In this document: positions 38,501 to 49,422 of the stretch, one piece after another
How positions within the stretch are numbered: position 1 is the stretch's first letter
Layout of the letters: each line of letters opens with the position of its first letter
NCBI GenBank assembly: GCA_041695225.1
Contig: JBGFRI010000030.1
Location: forward strand, 59,025 to 123,024
Direction: 5' to 3'
Length of the DNA stretch: 64,000 nucleotides
Origin: Deinococcota bacterium
Lineage (GTDB): Bacteria; Deinococcota; Deinococci; Deinococcales; Thermaceae
The notes under the pieces: model-generated
What the model was told of the DNA's origin: nothing
Seen by the model: the letters and a program-made list of their open reading frames with translations, nothing else
Databases searched by the model: none
Program-made: the position numbers and the translations under genes

Positions 38501-38647
38501 TGTTTCAAGTCTACTCCCCCGAGAACACATCGAATAATTACCCCAAGTAAAGATGTCACAGGTCGCAGGTCTTTTGGCTTGTGACTTGCGACTCGCGACC
38601 TGAGACATCGTAAGCCTGGCTCGAGGTTCACCCGGCTCTGCCGGGCC

Positions 38648-41299
38648 CTAACCAGTGTTGCGCAGCCCGGCGGCGATACCCAGCAGCGAGAGCATCAAAG
38701 CGCGTTCGAGGCCGGTGCGCTCGGGGGCTTCGGGTGGGGTGCGGCGGTAGCGTTCCAGGAGTTCCACCTGCACCAGCGAGATGGGGTCTACATAGGGATT
38801 GCGCAGCTCGGTCTGGCGGGCCAGCACCGGGTGCAAGAATAGCAGGGTGTTCTGGAAGGTCTGCTGCAGAATTTCCCTGGTTTTCTCGAAAGCAGCTGCG
38901 ATGGAGGGGAAGAAACGCGTGGCTAGATCGGGGCTGACCAGGCGCAGGTACTCGCGGGCAATGGTCAGGTCGGCCTTGGCTAAAGCGATGGCGGCGCTGT
39001 CGAGGGTGGTGGCAAAGAAAGGCCAGTGGGCAAACATCTCCTGGCGCAGGCCCAGCGGAATTTCTTCTAGCGCCTCGGCCAGACCATACCAACCGGGGAT
39101 TAGTAGCCGAACTTGCGTCCAGGACATCACCCAAGGAATAGCCCGCAGGTCTTTGATATCGCGCACCCGGCCCGAGCGATAAACCGGACGACTGGCGATA
39201 TTGAGGGCGCCAATCTCGCGGATGGGGGTGAGCTGTTCGTAAAACTCGAAAAAGCCCGGGCGCGACAAGAGCTCGCGGTAGACCTCGGTGGAGCGACGCG
39301 CAGCGGCGGCAATAGCCTCGCGCCAGCTGGCACTAAGGGGCTCGGCCTGCCCGTACCGATCGCGGGCCGAGGCCAGGGCCAGGTGGTAGAGCAGCTGCTC
39401 GAGGCTCCGGTAGGCCAGGTCGGGGTGGGCATAGCGGTCGGCCAGCGCCTCGCCCTGCTCGGTCAGGCGCATCCGGCTGCCCAGCGTGCCCGGAGGCAGG
39501 CTAGCGATGGCCCGCCCCGCGGTGCCGCCACCACGGGCGGTGGAGGTGCCGCGCCCGTGGAAATAGGTAACCTGAACCCCTCGGCTGTCTGCAGCGGCGG
39601 TAATGGCCTCCTGGGCCTGGTATAGCGCCCAGTTGGCGGCCAGGTAGCCGGCGTCCTTGTTGGAGTCGGAGTAGCCAAGCATGACCTCGAGGCCACCCCG
39701 GCCCCGCACCTGGGCCCCAAAGACGGGGTTGTCCAGCAGACTTGCTACCACCGCCGGCGCATTTTGCAGGTCGCTTAGCGTCTCAAATAGCGGCACCACA
39801 TCAAACGGCAGGGCCCGTCCTGGGCGGTATAGCCCCACCTCTCTTGCCAGCAGCATCACCTCCAGCAGGTCGCTAGCGTGGTGGGTCATCGAGACCACGT
39901 GCGCCCCACGGGACTTCCAGTTACGCAGGGCGTCCAATGCAGTCTGCAGGGTCCGGGTCTGGGGGCGGTAGCCTACCGGGGCCAGGGGTCTGGCAGTAGC
40001 CAGCTCCTGCGTCAGGAGGGCTTCTCTTTGCAGGGGTTCCAGGGCCAGATAATGCTGGTGTACCCCTGCAATTTTGAGCAGCTCCGCCGCCGCTTCGCTC
40101 AAAGCCCGCGACTCCTCACGCAGATCCAGGCTCACCAGATCCAGGCCAAAGGCCTGGGCATTCAGGCGCAATGGGCGCACGCAGGCCCTGGCGATCTCGT
40201 CCAATCCGAGCTGCTTCAGGCTGCGCTCGGCCTTGGCCAGATCGCCCACAAACTCCTCCGTTCCGCTGTAGCCCGGGCCCGGCTGCTCACCCAGCAAGGA
40301 GCGCAGCCGGTAGCGCAGCCCCATGCCAAACCTGCGGTAGGGCTCGCTCTGGAATCGCTCGGGAAGCTGCAGGCGCCTGGCATAGTCTTCCAGGGCCAGC
40401 CGCATTTCGCGGGTAATGGTGATCCGGTCATCGCTAAGCGAAAGGTCGCGAATCAGGCTGTCCACATCCTCCACAAACTTACGAATTGCGGTCTCGCGGG
40501 CATAGTTCTGCGCCCAGGCGGTTACTTCTGGCAGCACGTTGGGGTTGCCATCGCGGTCGCCGCCAATCCAGCTACGAAACACCAGCGGGGGCGAAAGGTC
40601 GGGGCGCTGGCCGTAATGGGCCTCCACCGCCTTCTCTAGCCCATCTACCAGCCGCGGGACTGCCTGCCAGAGGGTGTAGGTGGTGTAAAAAAGGCCCCCT
40701 TTTACCTCGTCTTCTACACTGGGGCGGGACTTGCGCAGCTCGGAGGTACCCCACAGCAGCATCACCCGGGGCGCCAGGGCCGACTCCTGGCCGTGCTCGA
40801 GCAGTTTCTCAATCTCGCTGATGTGATACCGCTGGGTACGGCGGCGGGTCTCGGTGGGGTGGGCGGTAAAGGTCAGGTGCAGCCGCAGCCGCGAGAGCAC
40901 CTCCACGGCCTGCTCGTAGCTCAAACCCCGGGACTTAAGCTGCCCGACCAGGGCCAGAAACGATTCACTGCGAGGGGAGCTAGGGGTGCTATTTTTCTCG
41001 CGCTCGCGGTTGACCCGTACCCGGTGGCGTTCCTCGGCCAGATTGACCAGGTGAAGATACGTCGAAAAGGCCCGGATCATATTTTCGGCCTCAGATAGCG
41101 ATAGGCCGCGTACAACGGCCAGAAGCTGCCCATGGGCGGCCTCGGTATAGCTCTGCCGCAGGGTTTTGGTAAGCTCGCGCACCTGTTCTTCTAGTTCAAA
41201 TATGCGCTGGCCCGAAAGGACGCGGATAGCCTTCCCCAAAGCCCGCCCCAGCAGATCTACTTCGCGCTTGAGCTGTTCAAAGAGCCTATCCTCGCCCAT
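38648..41299 (-). CDS. ppc: Phosphoenolpyruvate carboxylase
   Basis: Motifs [52 protein letters not shown] and GLRNTG. Confidence 0.97.
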   Translation of the reverse strand: MGEDRLFEQLKREVDLLGRALGKAIRVLSGQRIFELEEQVRELTKTLRQSYTEAAHGQLLAVVRGLSLSEAENMIRAFSTYLHLVNLAEERHRVRVNREREKNSTPSSPRSESFLALVGQLKSRGLSYEQAVEVLSRLRLHLTFTAHPTETRRRTQRYHISEIEKLLEHGQESALAPRVMLLWGTSELRKSRPSVEDEVKGGLFYTTYTLWQAVPRLVDGLEKAVEAHYGQRPDLSPPLVFRSWIGGDRDGNPNVLPEVTAWAQNYARETAIRKFVEDVDSLIRDLSLSDDRITITREMRLALEDYARRLQLPERFQSEPYRRFGMGLRYRLRSLLGEQPGPGYSGTEEFVGDLAKAERSLKQLGLDEIARACVRPLRLNAQAFGLDLVSLDLREESRALSEAAAELLKIAGVHQHYLALEPLQREALLTQELATARPLAPVGYRPQTRTLQTALDALRNWKSRGAHVVSMTHHASDLLEVMLLAREVGLYRPGRALPFDVVPLFETLSDLQNAPAVVASLLDNPVFGAQVRGRGGLEVMLGYSDSNKDAGYLAANWALYQAQEAITAAADSRGVQVTYFHGRGTSTARGGGTAGRAIASLPPGTLGSRMRLTEQGEALADRYAHPDLAYRSLEQLLYHLALASARDRYGQAEPLSASWREAIAAAARRSTEVYRELLSRPGFFEFYEQLTPIREIGALNIASRPVYRSGRVRDIKDLRAIPWVMSWTQVRLLIPGWYGLAEALEEIPLGLRQEMFAHWPFFATTLDSAAIALAKADLTIAREYLRLVSPDLATRFFPSIAAAFEKTREILQQTFQNTLLFLHPVLARQTELRNPYVDPISLVQVELLERYRRTPPEAPERTGLERALMLSLLGIAAGLRNTG

Positions 41300-41521
41300 C
41301 CAGCGACAGTGTATCGGAAGCAGGACTACTGCCCAAATGGTCCAAGCCCAGAAAGGCTACGACGCCTCTGGCCAGACCTGTCTTTGCATGGGTGGCGCCA
41401 GAGGGACAGCCCGAAGATGTACCCAGAACGGGCTGCCTGGCTTATTTTCGAGGAGAGAGTGGGCTAGTGAGTGGCGCAGGTTCTCCCAATCGGGTAAATC
41501 TAGGTGAACGGGAGAGGAACC

Positions 41522-42061
41522 ATGAACCATCGGAAACTGCTCTGTGCCGCGCTGCTTGTTTTGCTAGCCGGCTTGACACTGGCCCAGAGCGCCCAGTACG
41601 TCATCGAGGGACGGGTGAGCTATGCCGCTAGCTACAACTTGGGCCGCTGGGAGGGTACCAACACCAGTGTGCGCGGTGTGGTGCGCTGGAACCCAGAGAC
41701 CGGCGAGGCCACGGGCCAGGTCTGCGTGGATCTGGGCCGCTTTGACTCGGGCAACATTCTGCGCGACGCCGATGCTCGAGGGGTTTTTGATGTCAACAGG
41801 TTTCCCCAAAGCTGCCTCGACGTAGATGGCCTGACCCAGACGGGCAACGAGGCGGTGCTCAGCGGCGCCCTGGAAATTAGTGGAACCCGCCGGCCGATGC
41901 GCATTGTTGGCAGACTGACCCGCGAGGGCAGCTCTTTTCGCTTTCAAGGGGGTTTCAACACCAGTTTTTCCGAGTGGAACCTGCGGCCGCCTGGCTTCTT
42001 GTTCTTACGGGTAAACGACCCGGTCGAGGTTCGGCTGGATGCGCGGGCTACTTTGCGCTAG
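41522..42061 (+). CDS. YceI-family exported lipid/polyisoprenoid-binding protein
   Basis: Signal peptide, FDSGN..RD, F...RFP and G.LEI.G..R. Confidence 0.82.
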   Translation: MNHRKLLCAALLVLLAGLTLAQSAQYVIEGRVSYAASYNLGRWEGTNTSVRGVVRWNPETGEATGQVCVDLGRFDSGNILRDADARGVFDVNRFPQSCLDVDGLTQTGNEAVLSGALEISGTRRPMRIVGRLTREGSSFRFQGGFNTSFSEWNLRPPGFLFLRVNDPVEVRLDARATLR

Positions 42062-42263
42062 CTGAACTTCACCCCCTCCCCATGACCGGTAACTCCTGAT
42101 AGCAGCGAAGTTTGACCATCGTTCGGGCCAAAACACATAACGCAGGCTCTCAGAGCACGCTGGTTTTGTTGGCAAAAGTCGCAAGGGAATGCTATACTTG
42201 CAAGGCTGCCGAGTTTGAAGTCCTGTCGCACAGGCACTCAGGCCGCAGATTCAGGAGCAGATA

Positions 42264-42464
42264 ATGGCCAAGATGAAGACCCATAAGGGCGCCAAAGGCC
42301 GTGTGAAGATCACGGCTACAGGCAAGGTTGTTGGCAAAAAACCGGGAAAGCGCCACCTCAACTGGCACAAGTCGGGCAGCAGCCGGCGTCAAAAAGGGCG
42401 CGACTTTACCTTCCCCAAAGGCGAAGAACGACGTGTCCATCAGCTAATGCCCTACGACGTATAA
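42264..42464 (+). CDS. rpmI: 50S ribosomal protein L35
   Basis: KMKTHKGA..R.KITATGK and GKRHL. Confidence 0.97.
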   Translation: MAKMKTHKGAKGRVKITATGKVVGKKPGKRHLNWHKSGSSRRQKGRDFTFPKGEERRVHQLMPYDV

Positions 42465-42480
42465 GGAGAGGTGATACTGA

Positions 42481-42828
42481 ATGCCACGCGTAAAGACCGG
42501 GGTAGTCCGCCGCCGTAAACACAAAGCCATCCTCAAACGCGCTAAAGGCTTTTATGCCCTGCGCTCCAAGAGCGTTCGCAAGGCCCGCGAAACCCTTTTC
42601 AGCGGGGCCATGCGTTCTTTTAACGACCGCCGCAAGCGCAAGGGCGATATGCGCCGCATGTGGATTGTGCGTATCAATGCCGCCGTTCGTCAACATGGTC
42701 TGAGTTACAGCGTGTTCATGCATGGCCTCAGAAAAGCCGGCATCGAACTTGACCGCAAGATTCTGGCCGACCTGGCAGTGCGCCAGCCCGAGGCCTTCGC
42801 CGAGCTGGTGGGCAAGGCCAGGGCCTAG
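42481..42828 (+). CDS. rplT: 50S ribosomal protein L20
   Basis: MPRVKTG..RR.KHK, R.MWI.RINAA and [10 protein letters not shown]. Confidence 0.97.
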   Translation: MPRVKTGVVRRRKHKAILKRAKGFYALRSKSVRKARETLFSGAMRSFNDRRKRKGDMRRMWIVRINAAVRQHGLSYSVFMHGLRKAGIELDRKILADLAVRQPEAFAELVGKARA

Positions 42829-43232
42829 ATCAGACCAAAAGCCGCTTGAATTTCGTCTGGTACTGCCTTAGGGCGTCGGCGAAAGGGGTCAACCCATACC
42901 CAGTCGGTCTGGCACTCCACCAGCAAAACCCCCTCACGCACAACCTGGTTGTGGCGGGTGGCTCTGAAGCCCCGAAAGGATACAATCTCGGTGCTGACCT
43001 CGAGTTCATCGCCCAGGAGGGCCGGACGGTGGTAGGTGATGGTATGGCGGTACACCACCGGGACCACCCCCAGTTCCCGCAGGCGCTCCAGACCCATCCC
43101 CACCCTTTCGGCATGTGCCCTCACACACTCCTCGATATAACGTAGGTAGACAGAGTTGTTTACGTGTTGCAGTCCATCAATCTCGCTTTCGACGACTACG
43201 ATGCGGTGGCTATAACGCCGTCGGGGCTCCAT
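42825..43232 (-). CDS. Acyl-CoA thioesterase (4HBT/YbgC hotdog family)
   Basis: Motifs [16 protein letters not shown] and ITYHRPA. TATACT lies 7 nt before the ATG. Confidence 0.9.
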   Translation of the reverse strand: MEPRRRYSHRIVVVESEIDGLQHVNNSVYLRYIEECVRAHAERVGMGLERLRELGVVPVVYRHTITYHRPALLGDELEVSTEIVSFRGFRATRHNQVVREGVLLVECQTDWVWVDPFRRRPKAVPDEIQAAFGLI

Positions 43233-43261
43233 CTCAGACAGTATATCTTTTATGAAGCGTC

Positions 43262-43455
43262 TCAAGTCTCAAGTCTCAGGCCTCAGGTCTTTTTGGCTTG
43301 CGACCTGCGACCTGCGTCATTCAACGAGTCGATAGTCAACAGTCCATAGCCGATAGCCCATAGCTAATAGGTTTTGACCTGCTAGCCGAGACCATGGCCG
43401 ATAGCTAATAGCTGATAGCCGGTAGCTTTTGACCTTCGACCTTCGACCTGCGACA
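43262..43455. repeat. Composite heptamer repeat
   Basis: TCTCAAG/GCGACCT/GATAGCC/TTCGACC units. Shares GACCTGCGWCATTCAAYGAGTCGATAGTCAA with the copy at 59756. Confidence 0.88.
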
Positions 43456-43679
43456 TTTTTGCATGAAGCGTCAGCCCCCGCTTCATGCTCCGGGGTCCCT
43501 CAGGACGGATGGGCAACTCTTGACCATCAGGGCCAGGCATACCCCGGGCCAAACGGTAGCAGTGTTTTCTGTATACTGCTACCGCAGCACTGAACTGGCG
43601 ACAAAGCCTTCGCTCCAGCTTTAGCCGGTGATCCTGGTCAGACCGGTAAGGCCTGCTACAGGGAACAGGCTCATTCTCT

Positions 43680-45125
43680 CTACTGCCCTTGTCCCAGCGA
43701 ATACCCGGGCTGGCCATCGAAGTTGTAGAGGTGTTCGGTCTTGACAAAGTCCATGCCGGCGGCGGCAAGTCGGCCCAACAGCTCCACGATGTCGTGATGA
43801 TTGGGAGGTCCATTTTGGGCCATGAACCGCACGCGCCAGTGATCGGTGCGGAAGGTCTCGGGGAAGCCGCCGGGCCATACCTTCACACCCCGGTTGGTGA
43901 TGAGCGCCAGCTTGAGTCTGCTGGTGGAAAGGGGCTCGAGCAGACCGGCTAACTGCTCAGGCTCGTTGTCCCGCCAGTTAAAAAACACGTCAATCCCAAC
44001 CAGTTCTTTGTGTGCTGGTTTGGGGTTTCTGATCATCAGTGGCACCATGGGCTCTTTGCTGGCTACGCCAAACCTGGCCGGTCGCAGGCGCTCAGGCATC
44101 TGGCCCAGTCGCCCGATAACGGCCTGGGCAAACTCTGCGGTACCCACCTTTTTTTCGCTCACCCGGTCGTCGTAGATGTCGGGGGTGTGGATACCATCTT
44201 CCAGGGTTCTGAGCCAGGCGTTTTTGATTCGGGCGGCGGCCTCGGGCTGACCAATATGCACCAGCATCAGGATGGCGCCCTGCAAAAGCCCAGAAGGGTT
44301 GGCAATCCCTTTTCCGGCAATATCTGGCGCACTCCCGTGTACAGCCTCGAACATGGCGCAGTCGTCGCCCACATTGGCCGAACCGGCCAGCCCAACCGAA
44401 CCTGCTACCTCGGCAGCAATGTCTGAAAGAATATCGCCGTAAAGGTTAGGCGCCAGGATCACATCGAAGCGCTCGGGAATATCCGCCAGGCGGGCTGCGC
44501 CAATGTCCACGATCATGTGTTCCTTGATCAGGGTGGGATACTCGGCCCCAATTTCATCGAACATCTTATGAAATAGCCCATCGGTGATCTTCAAGATGTT
44601 GTCTTTGGAGATGCAGGTGACCCGTCTGCGTCCGTTGCGCCGGGCAAACTCGAGCGCATAGCGCACGATGCGCTCGGTACCGGGTTTGGAGATCAGCTTG
44701 AGGGCCATGGTGACCTCTTCGGTCTGCTGGTACTCGATGCCCGCGTAGAGGTCTTCTTCGTTCTCGCGCACTATCACCAGGTCAATAGATTTGTGTTTGG
44801 TGGTGACAAAAGGCTCGTAGCTTTGTACTGGCCGGATGTTTGCGTACAGGCCCAGGGTTTTGCGTACTGTCACATTTAGGCTCTTGTAACCCCCACCCTG
44901 GGGGGTGCTAATGGGGCTCTTCAAAAACACCTTAGTGCGACGCAGACTTTCCCAGGAACTGTCCTCGATGCCGCTGGAATGCCCGCGTAGGTAGACATCT
45001 TCGCCAATTTCAATAATCTCGGGCTTTAGCGCTGCCCCTCCTGCCTCGAGAATTTGCAGCACCGCCCGCATGATCTCCGGGCCAATGCCATCGCCAAAAG
45101 CGACTGTGATGGGTGTTTTGCTCAT
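43680..45125 (-). CDS. icd: NADP-dependent isocitrate dehydrogenase (long Thermus-type form)
   Basis: Motifs GDGIGPEI, TPQGGGYKSLNV..RK, RENEEDLY, NLYGDILSD and EAVHGSAPDIAG. C-terminal extension with ITNRGVKVWP. Confidence 0.95.
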   Translation of the reverse strand: MSKTPITVAFGDGIGPEIMRAVLQILEAGGAALKPEIIEIGEDVYLRGHSSGIEDSSWESLRRTKVFLKSPISTPQGGGYKSLNVTVRKTLGLYANIRPVQSYEPFVTTKHKSIDLVIVRENEEDLYAGIEYQQTEEVTMALKLISKPGTERIVRYALEFARRNGRRRVTCISKDNILKITDGLFHKMFDEIGAEYPTLIKEHMIVDIGAARLADIPERFDVILAPNLYGDILSDIAAEVAGSVGLAGSANVGDDCAMFEAVHGSAPDIAGKGIANPSGLLQGAILMLVHIGQPEAAARIKNAWLRTLEDGIHTPDIYDDRVSEKKVGTAEFAQAVIGRLGQMPERLRPARFGVASKEPMVPLMIRNPKPAHKELVGIDVFFNWRDNEPEQLAGLLEPLSTSRLKLALITNRGVKVWPGGFPETFRTDHWRVRFMAQNGPPNHHDIVELLGRLAAAGMDFVKTEHLYNFDGQPGYSLGQGQ

Positions 45126-45409
45126 ATCTTCTCCTCGCACCAGCGAACCTCTACATCAGTCTAAGTTGCCCCTGAGTAAAAAGCCGCATTTTCACTATGC
45201 AATGATTACGTACTGGGCGCAATTCCCAGATGATAGTCGGTCACACTCACTCCATCATAATAACGTCGGCTTCTCAACCCACACAACCAAGCCACCCAGG
45301 CCCTACCTAAAGAAAGGGTAGTTTCGTGGTTGGAGACACTGTGCAAACAGGGGCTACCATTACCAGGAGACTGCGGGTTCCTCTGGTCGCTAAGGAGATG
45401 CCCTTAGGC

Positions 45410-45565
45410 TAACGAAGCAATCGTCGGGTGACGGAGTGGCCGAGGCTTGTCCTGAGCCTTGCCCTGAGCCCGTCGAAGGGGCAGTTGAAGGGATGGGGAT
45501 GGTTAATCTGTGCAGGAAGGGGTCATGAGCCCATTAGCCGCCGGAGTGATCTGGATTGCTTCCCC
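45410..45565. repeat. REP-like element with nested CCTGAGC..GTCGAAGG units
   Basis: CGAAGCAATC ... GAGCCCATTAGCCGCCGG.GTGATCTGGATTGCTTC, matching the copy near 11060-11097. Confidence 0.75.
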
Positions 45566-46098
45566 TATGGCTAGGCCAGGGGGCCTGTCCAGAATGGAGT
45601 TGATGGGGCTCAATGGCGAAAAAATCCGTTCCTGCGGTCACTGTGAGGCCGACCTTGCCATCGAGTCCGACCTCATCCGAAAGTGGTTGCGCTGTGGGCC
45701 GCGTCGAGCATCGAAATATTCGCTTATCCAGACTCGGCACAAGTGCTGTACTACCCTGGCTTTTTGGTCCTGAGAGCCTGACCTGAGTTAGCCGAAGGCT
45801 TATCCAAATTCAGCATGGCTCCGCCTTGCGGTCCGATGGTAAGAGTGGTTAGGCTCAAAACCCATATGCGCGGGCCTGGGCGGCATCCATCCCGGTCACG
45901 CCCTCCACCGCCGAATAGCTTATAGTGATCTGAACAGGGCCTGCCCTGAGCCGCCGAAAGCGTGGCGGCCCGACTCTGACTCACTATACTCTGACTCACT
46001 ATGTGGACTGCAGCACTCATGTGGTGTTTTACCTCAGGCAGCCTGGGGCCACCCGTTACTTTTCAGCCGCAAAGCCCTTGTGCTATGGGAGAGAGACT

Positions 46099-46944
46099 GT
46101 GAGCGATAAGCGGGGCTTACTCGAGCACATTTCTCCTGGCTTGATGGGCTATCTGCTGGGATTTTTGCCGCAAGACGACCCCCTGGCCGAAAGCGTGCCT
46201 GGTGGGTTGTTGAATCCCGAGCTGGTGGAGCGACTTAAAAACGACACCTTTTGCGGTTATGCCCTGGCCCGGTTCGCGGGTGAGGAGCGCGGCTGGATGG
46301 TCTTCTACCGGGGGCGGCTGCTGGAGGCCTGGCGGCAGACAACCTATGGCCACCTTTCTGGCACGGCGGCCTATAGGGCCTTGCAGCGGGAGTTCGGCAT
46401 GGGGACGCTATCCATATATCGCCTCCAGCCCGACGACCTGCCCCCGGTGGTGGCCCTGACCCAAGGGTTGCGCCGCATGATCGGGGCGACGGCTGGTAGC
46501 CTGGAAGTGGTGGATCTGGTGGACTCCCTGGTGCAGGAGCAGTTTACCGGCGCGCTGGTGTTCGAGGATGGTCTGGGCGGTCAGGCCTGGTTTCTTGCGC
46601 GTGGAAGGTTTCTATTTGGCGAAAAGATGCCCAGCAAGTTTTCCGAGGGCCGCTTACACCTGGTGCAGGCCCCTAGCAAGGCGCCTCCCGACTTACTCGA
46701 GCTAGCCCGCCTAGAAGACCTGGAGCACCGCCATGCCCGACTGGCGGTGGTCTGGAATGCCGCCCAGGAGGTACTGACCGAGTATATGGGGCGCGGGGCG
46801 CCCTTGGCCCTTGAACGCCTGCGCAACATTTACCCCAGCGATGAGCCCGCTGCCCTCGAGAATGCCCTGCGTCGCTGGATGACCGAAAGCTTAGAACCCA
46901 ATGCCGCGGTGCTTTTTGACCGGATGCTGCGCCCAACCCGGTAG
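46099..46944 (+). CDS. Hypothetical cytoplasmic protein with two internal repeats
   Basis: Host-like codon usage. Repeated pattern L....F.G......G...F.RGR.L. Confidence 0.7.
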   Translation: MSDKRGLLEHISPGLMGYLLGFLPQDDPLAESVPGGLLNPELVERLKNDTFCGYALARFAGEERGWMVFYRGRLLEAWRQTTYGHLSGTAAYRALQREFGMGTLSIYRLQPDDLPPVVALTQGLRRMIGATAGSLEVVDLVDSLVQEQFTGALVFEDGLGGQAWFLARGRFLFGEKMPSKFSEGRLHLVQAPSKAPPDLLELARLEDLEHRHARLAVVWNAAQEVLTEYMGRGAPLALERLRNIYPSDEPAALENALRRWMTESLEPNAAVLFDRMLRPTR

Positions 46945-46988
46945 GGTTCTGATTGGCAGAGATCGCCAGGTATTGCGACAGAGAACGT

Positions 46989-47705
46989 ATGATAGCGGGG
47001 TCTATGGCAATCTACACGTTGCTAGGGCTGCTCTGGCTGGTCTGGCTAGGAGGTTTGCTCGGCGATAGCTTTGTACGCAGTCTGGCAGTCAGTTTATCTA
47101 ACTTTGTAGGGGCTTATGCGGTCTGGCAAACTGCCGCCCGCTCACCTGCTATTGTGCGCCGCGCCCTAAGGGGTCTGGCAGCAGGATTGTTTTTGTTGGG
47201 GCTTGGCGATCTGCTCTTGACCTACCAGATAGCGACTGGCCTGGATACAGTTACTCCGCGGGAGGGAATTTACCTGATCGGGGTGGCCCTTTTTCTGCTT
47301 ATGGGCACCCTCCTTCCCTTCAGCATGGAGCGCCAGGGGCTATATTACCTGGGGTTTACTCAGCGCCTGGTTTTGGTTGCCCTGCTCGGCGGCGCCCTGC
47401 TTTCGGCCCTCACCACCCTCATCCGCCCGCTAAGTGTAATCGAGCTGACTTATGCCGGGACGGCTTTCTACCTGACCCTGCTGTTTGCCCAGCAGATTCC
47501 TGTGCTGGCCGGGGGCCGCATCGAGCGCCATCTGCGCGGGATGGTGTGGGCGCTGGTTCTGGGTAGTCTGGGCCGAGTGGTCTCGGTGCTGGGCGGCGTA
47601 CCGCCCATGCTGTGGTCTATCGTGATCTACGACGTCCTCTGGCTTTCGGCCATGAGCGTCTTGTTGCTGGCCGCAGACCGGAGCCAGGCGCCCAGAAATC
47701 TCTAG
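46989..47705 (+). CDS. Hypothetical multi-pass membrane protein
   Basis: About 7-8 hydrophobic segments and an LGLGD motif. Confidence 0.7.
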   Translation: MIAGSMAIYTLLGLLWLVWLGGLLGDSFVRSLAVSLSNFVGAYAVWQTAARSPAIVRRALRGLAAGLFLLGLGDLLLTYQIATGLDTVTPREGIYLIGVALFLLMGTLLPFSMERQGLYYLGFTQRLVLVALLGGALLSALTTLIRPLSVIELTYAGTAFYLTLLFAQQIPVLAGGRIERHLRGMVWALVLGSLGRVVSVLGGVPPMLWSIVIYDVLWLSAMSVLLLAADRSQAPRNL

Positions 47706-49152
47706 CCTGACCGGTCTGTAGGCGCAGGGTGGCCAGGGGCAGGGCCTCGGCGACCTCATGGGCCAGCAAGCCGGTCTTGGCTGCCAGATCGCCTGCCAGC
47801 CCGTGCAGGTAGACGCCCAGCCGGGCTGCATCCCAGGCCGAGACTCCGGCAGCCAGGAGGGCGGCAATTACACCCGCCAGTACATCACCCGTGCCGCCGG
47901 TAGCCATGCTGGGGTTGCCGGTAGGGTTGACCGCCAGAACTGGTTCAGCCGAAGGTGTGTCGGCTGGTAGCATGGCCAGCACACTGGGGCCGCCCTTGAG
48001 CACCACCACCAGGCCAGGGTAGCTCCTGGCCAGGGTCTGGGCGGCCTTTAGGGGAAAGCGGGCAACCTGCTCGCTGGGCAGTCCCAGGAGCCTGCTGGCC
48101 TCGCCCGGGTGGGGGGTTAGCACGGCAGGAAGCCCTGCCTGGGCATAGGCCTGTAGCACCTGGTGGTGCAGTGCATCGGCGTCTAGCACCGTGGGTAGCC
48201 TTAGTCCCAACACCGCCAGGGCTGCCGGGACACCTCCCTCGCCCGACCCCATTCCTACTGCTGCGGCCTCGGCCCGGGCAGCTTGCAGACCAGCAGTCTT
48301 CCACTCGAGCAAAGGCAGGCGCACGGCCTCGAGGGGCGGCTCTACCCCAGACTGGGCAGGATAGGCCACCGTGACCAGCCCGGCCCCGGCCCGGTAGGCC
48401 CCCAGGGCGGCCAGGCTGGGTGCGCCGGTATAACTGCCCTGCCCTCCTACCACCAGCACCCGCCCCACCGAACCTTTGTGGGAATCGCCAGGGCGGGCAG
48501 GGAGTAACCGGCGCATAGCTGGCTGGCACAAGAGCTCAGGCAAGTCGGGGTTTTTTAGCGCCTGGGGGGGCATCCCTATGGAGTCGAGCAGAATTTGTCC
48601 ACAAGCCGCACGGTGGGGGTAAAACAGATGCTCGTTTTTCAGGCCTGCCAGGGCAATGGTCAGGTCGGCCTGGATGTGGGGGGAGTAGGGCAGGCCAGAG
48701 GGGAGGTCTACCGACACCACCGGAAGCCCGGAGTGGTTAATTCCCTCGACCAGTTCAGCAAAGAAGCCTTCCAGTGGCCCTTTCAACCCGGTCCCGAATA
48801 ACGCGTCCAGAATCACAGTATGCCCTTCGGGCTTCCAGGCGGTCAGGGGGTAAATTTCCAAGCCATGCGCCAGCAAGGCCTCACGCGCCAGGGCAGCATC
48901 GCCTTGCTGGCCCTCGGCAGCGTAAACCCTCACACTATGACCCCAGTGTGCCAGCCAGCGGGCCGCTGCCAGGCCATCTCCGCCGTTGTTGCCTTTGCCG
49001 CATAGCACACTAATTTGGCGGCCCCCAAAGTATCGCAGCAGCCACCTGGCAGACTGCCTTCCAGCGCTGTCCATCAGTATCAGACTAGGATAGCCCAGGG
49101 CGGCGACCCTGTCATCGGCTTCACGCATGGCTTGAGCGGTAAAAAGTCGCAT
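47617..49152 (-). CDS. nnr: Bifunctional NAD(P)H-hydrate epimerase/dehydratase (YjeF)
   Basis: Motifs GKGNNGGDG, DALFGTG, VDLPSG, SHKG, LDADAL, LTPHPGEA and ATGGTGDVLAG. Confidence 0.93.
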   Translation of the reverse strand: MRLFTAQAMREADDRVAALGYPSLILMDSAGRQSARWLLRYFGGRQISVLCGKGNNGGDGLAAARWLAHWGHSVRVYAAEGQQGDAALAREALLAHGLEIYPLTAWKPEGHTVILDALFGTGLKGPLEGFFAELVEGINHSGLPVVSVDLPSGLPYSPHIQADLTIALAGLKNEHLFYPHRAACGQILLDSIGMPPQALKNPDLPELLCQPAMRRLLPARPGDSHKGSVGRVLVVGGQGSYTGAPSLAALGAYRAGAGLVTVAYPAQSGVEPPLEAVRLPLLEWKTAGLQAARAEAAAVGMGSGEGGVPAALAVLGLRLPTVLDADALHHQVLQAYAQAGLPAVLTPHPGEASRLLGLPSEQVARFPLKAAQTLARSYPGLVVVLKGGPSVLAMLPADTPSAEPVLAVNPTGNPSMATGGTGDVLAGVIAALLAAGVSAWDAARLGVYLHGLAGDLAAKTGLLAHEVAEALPLATLRLQTGQARDFWAPGSGLRPATRRSWPKARGRRRSR

Positions 49153-49422
49153 CTTGCAGGTGGGAGGTCGCGGGTCTGGAGTCTCAGGTCGCAGGTCTAG
49201 GGTCGAGGGCTGAGGGTCGAAAGCCAGGCAGGTCCGATCTGTGCCCTGCGATGGCTGGCTTTCAACTGGGCCAGGCCAGCGCATCGCGAGGTGGTCGAAG
49301 GGTGATCGGAGGAAACGCCGTTGAGGCATTAGAAGACACATCACCCTGTCACGCAGAAGCCCACCAGGCCCGTCTACCCACTCCTATTCTACGAAGCCCA
49401 GGCCTGGGCGTACACTTAGGGC

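Noticed and set aside
45973..46002. Tandem ACTCTGACTCACTAT x2 resembling the T7 promoter core
   Set aside because: It lacks TAATAC and there is no phage context. It is most likely a simple 15-bp duplication.
47617..47705. About 90-bp convergent gene overlaps (also 50085-50172)
   Set aside because: Tail-to-tail overlaps are common in compact GC-rich genomes, and nothing here indicates a function.
49153..49344. N-terminal extension of the nnr ORF
   Set aside because: It runs through a heptamer repeat. The family-like sequence begins at MRLFTAQAMREAD (49152).
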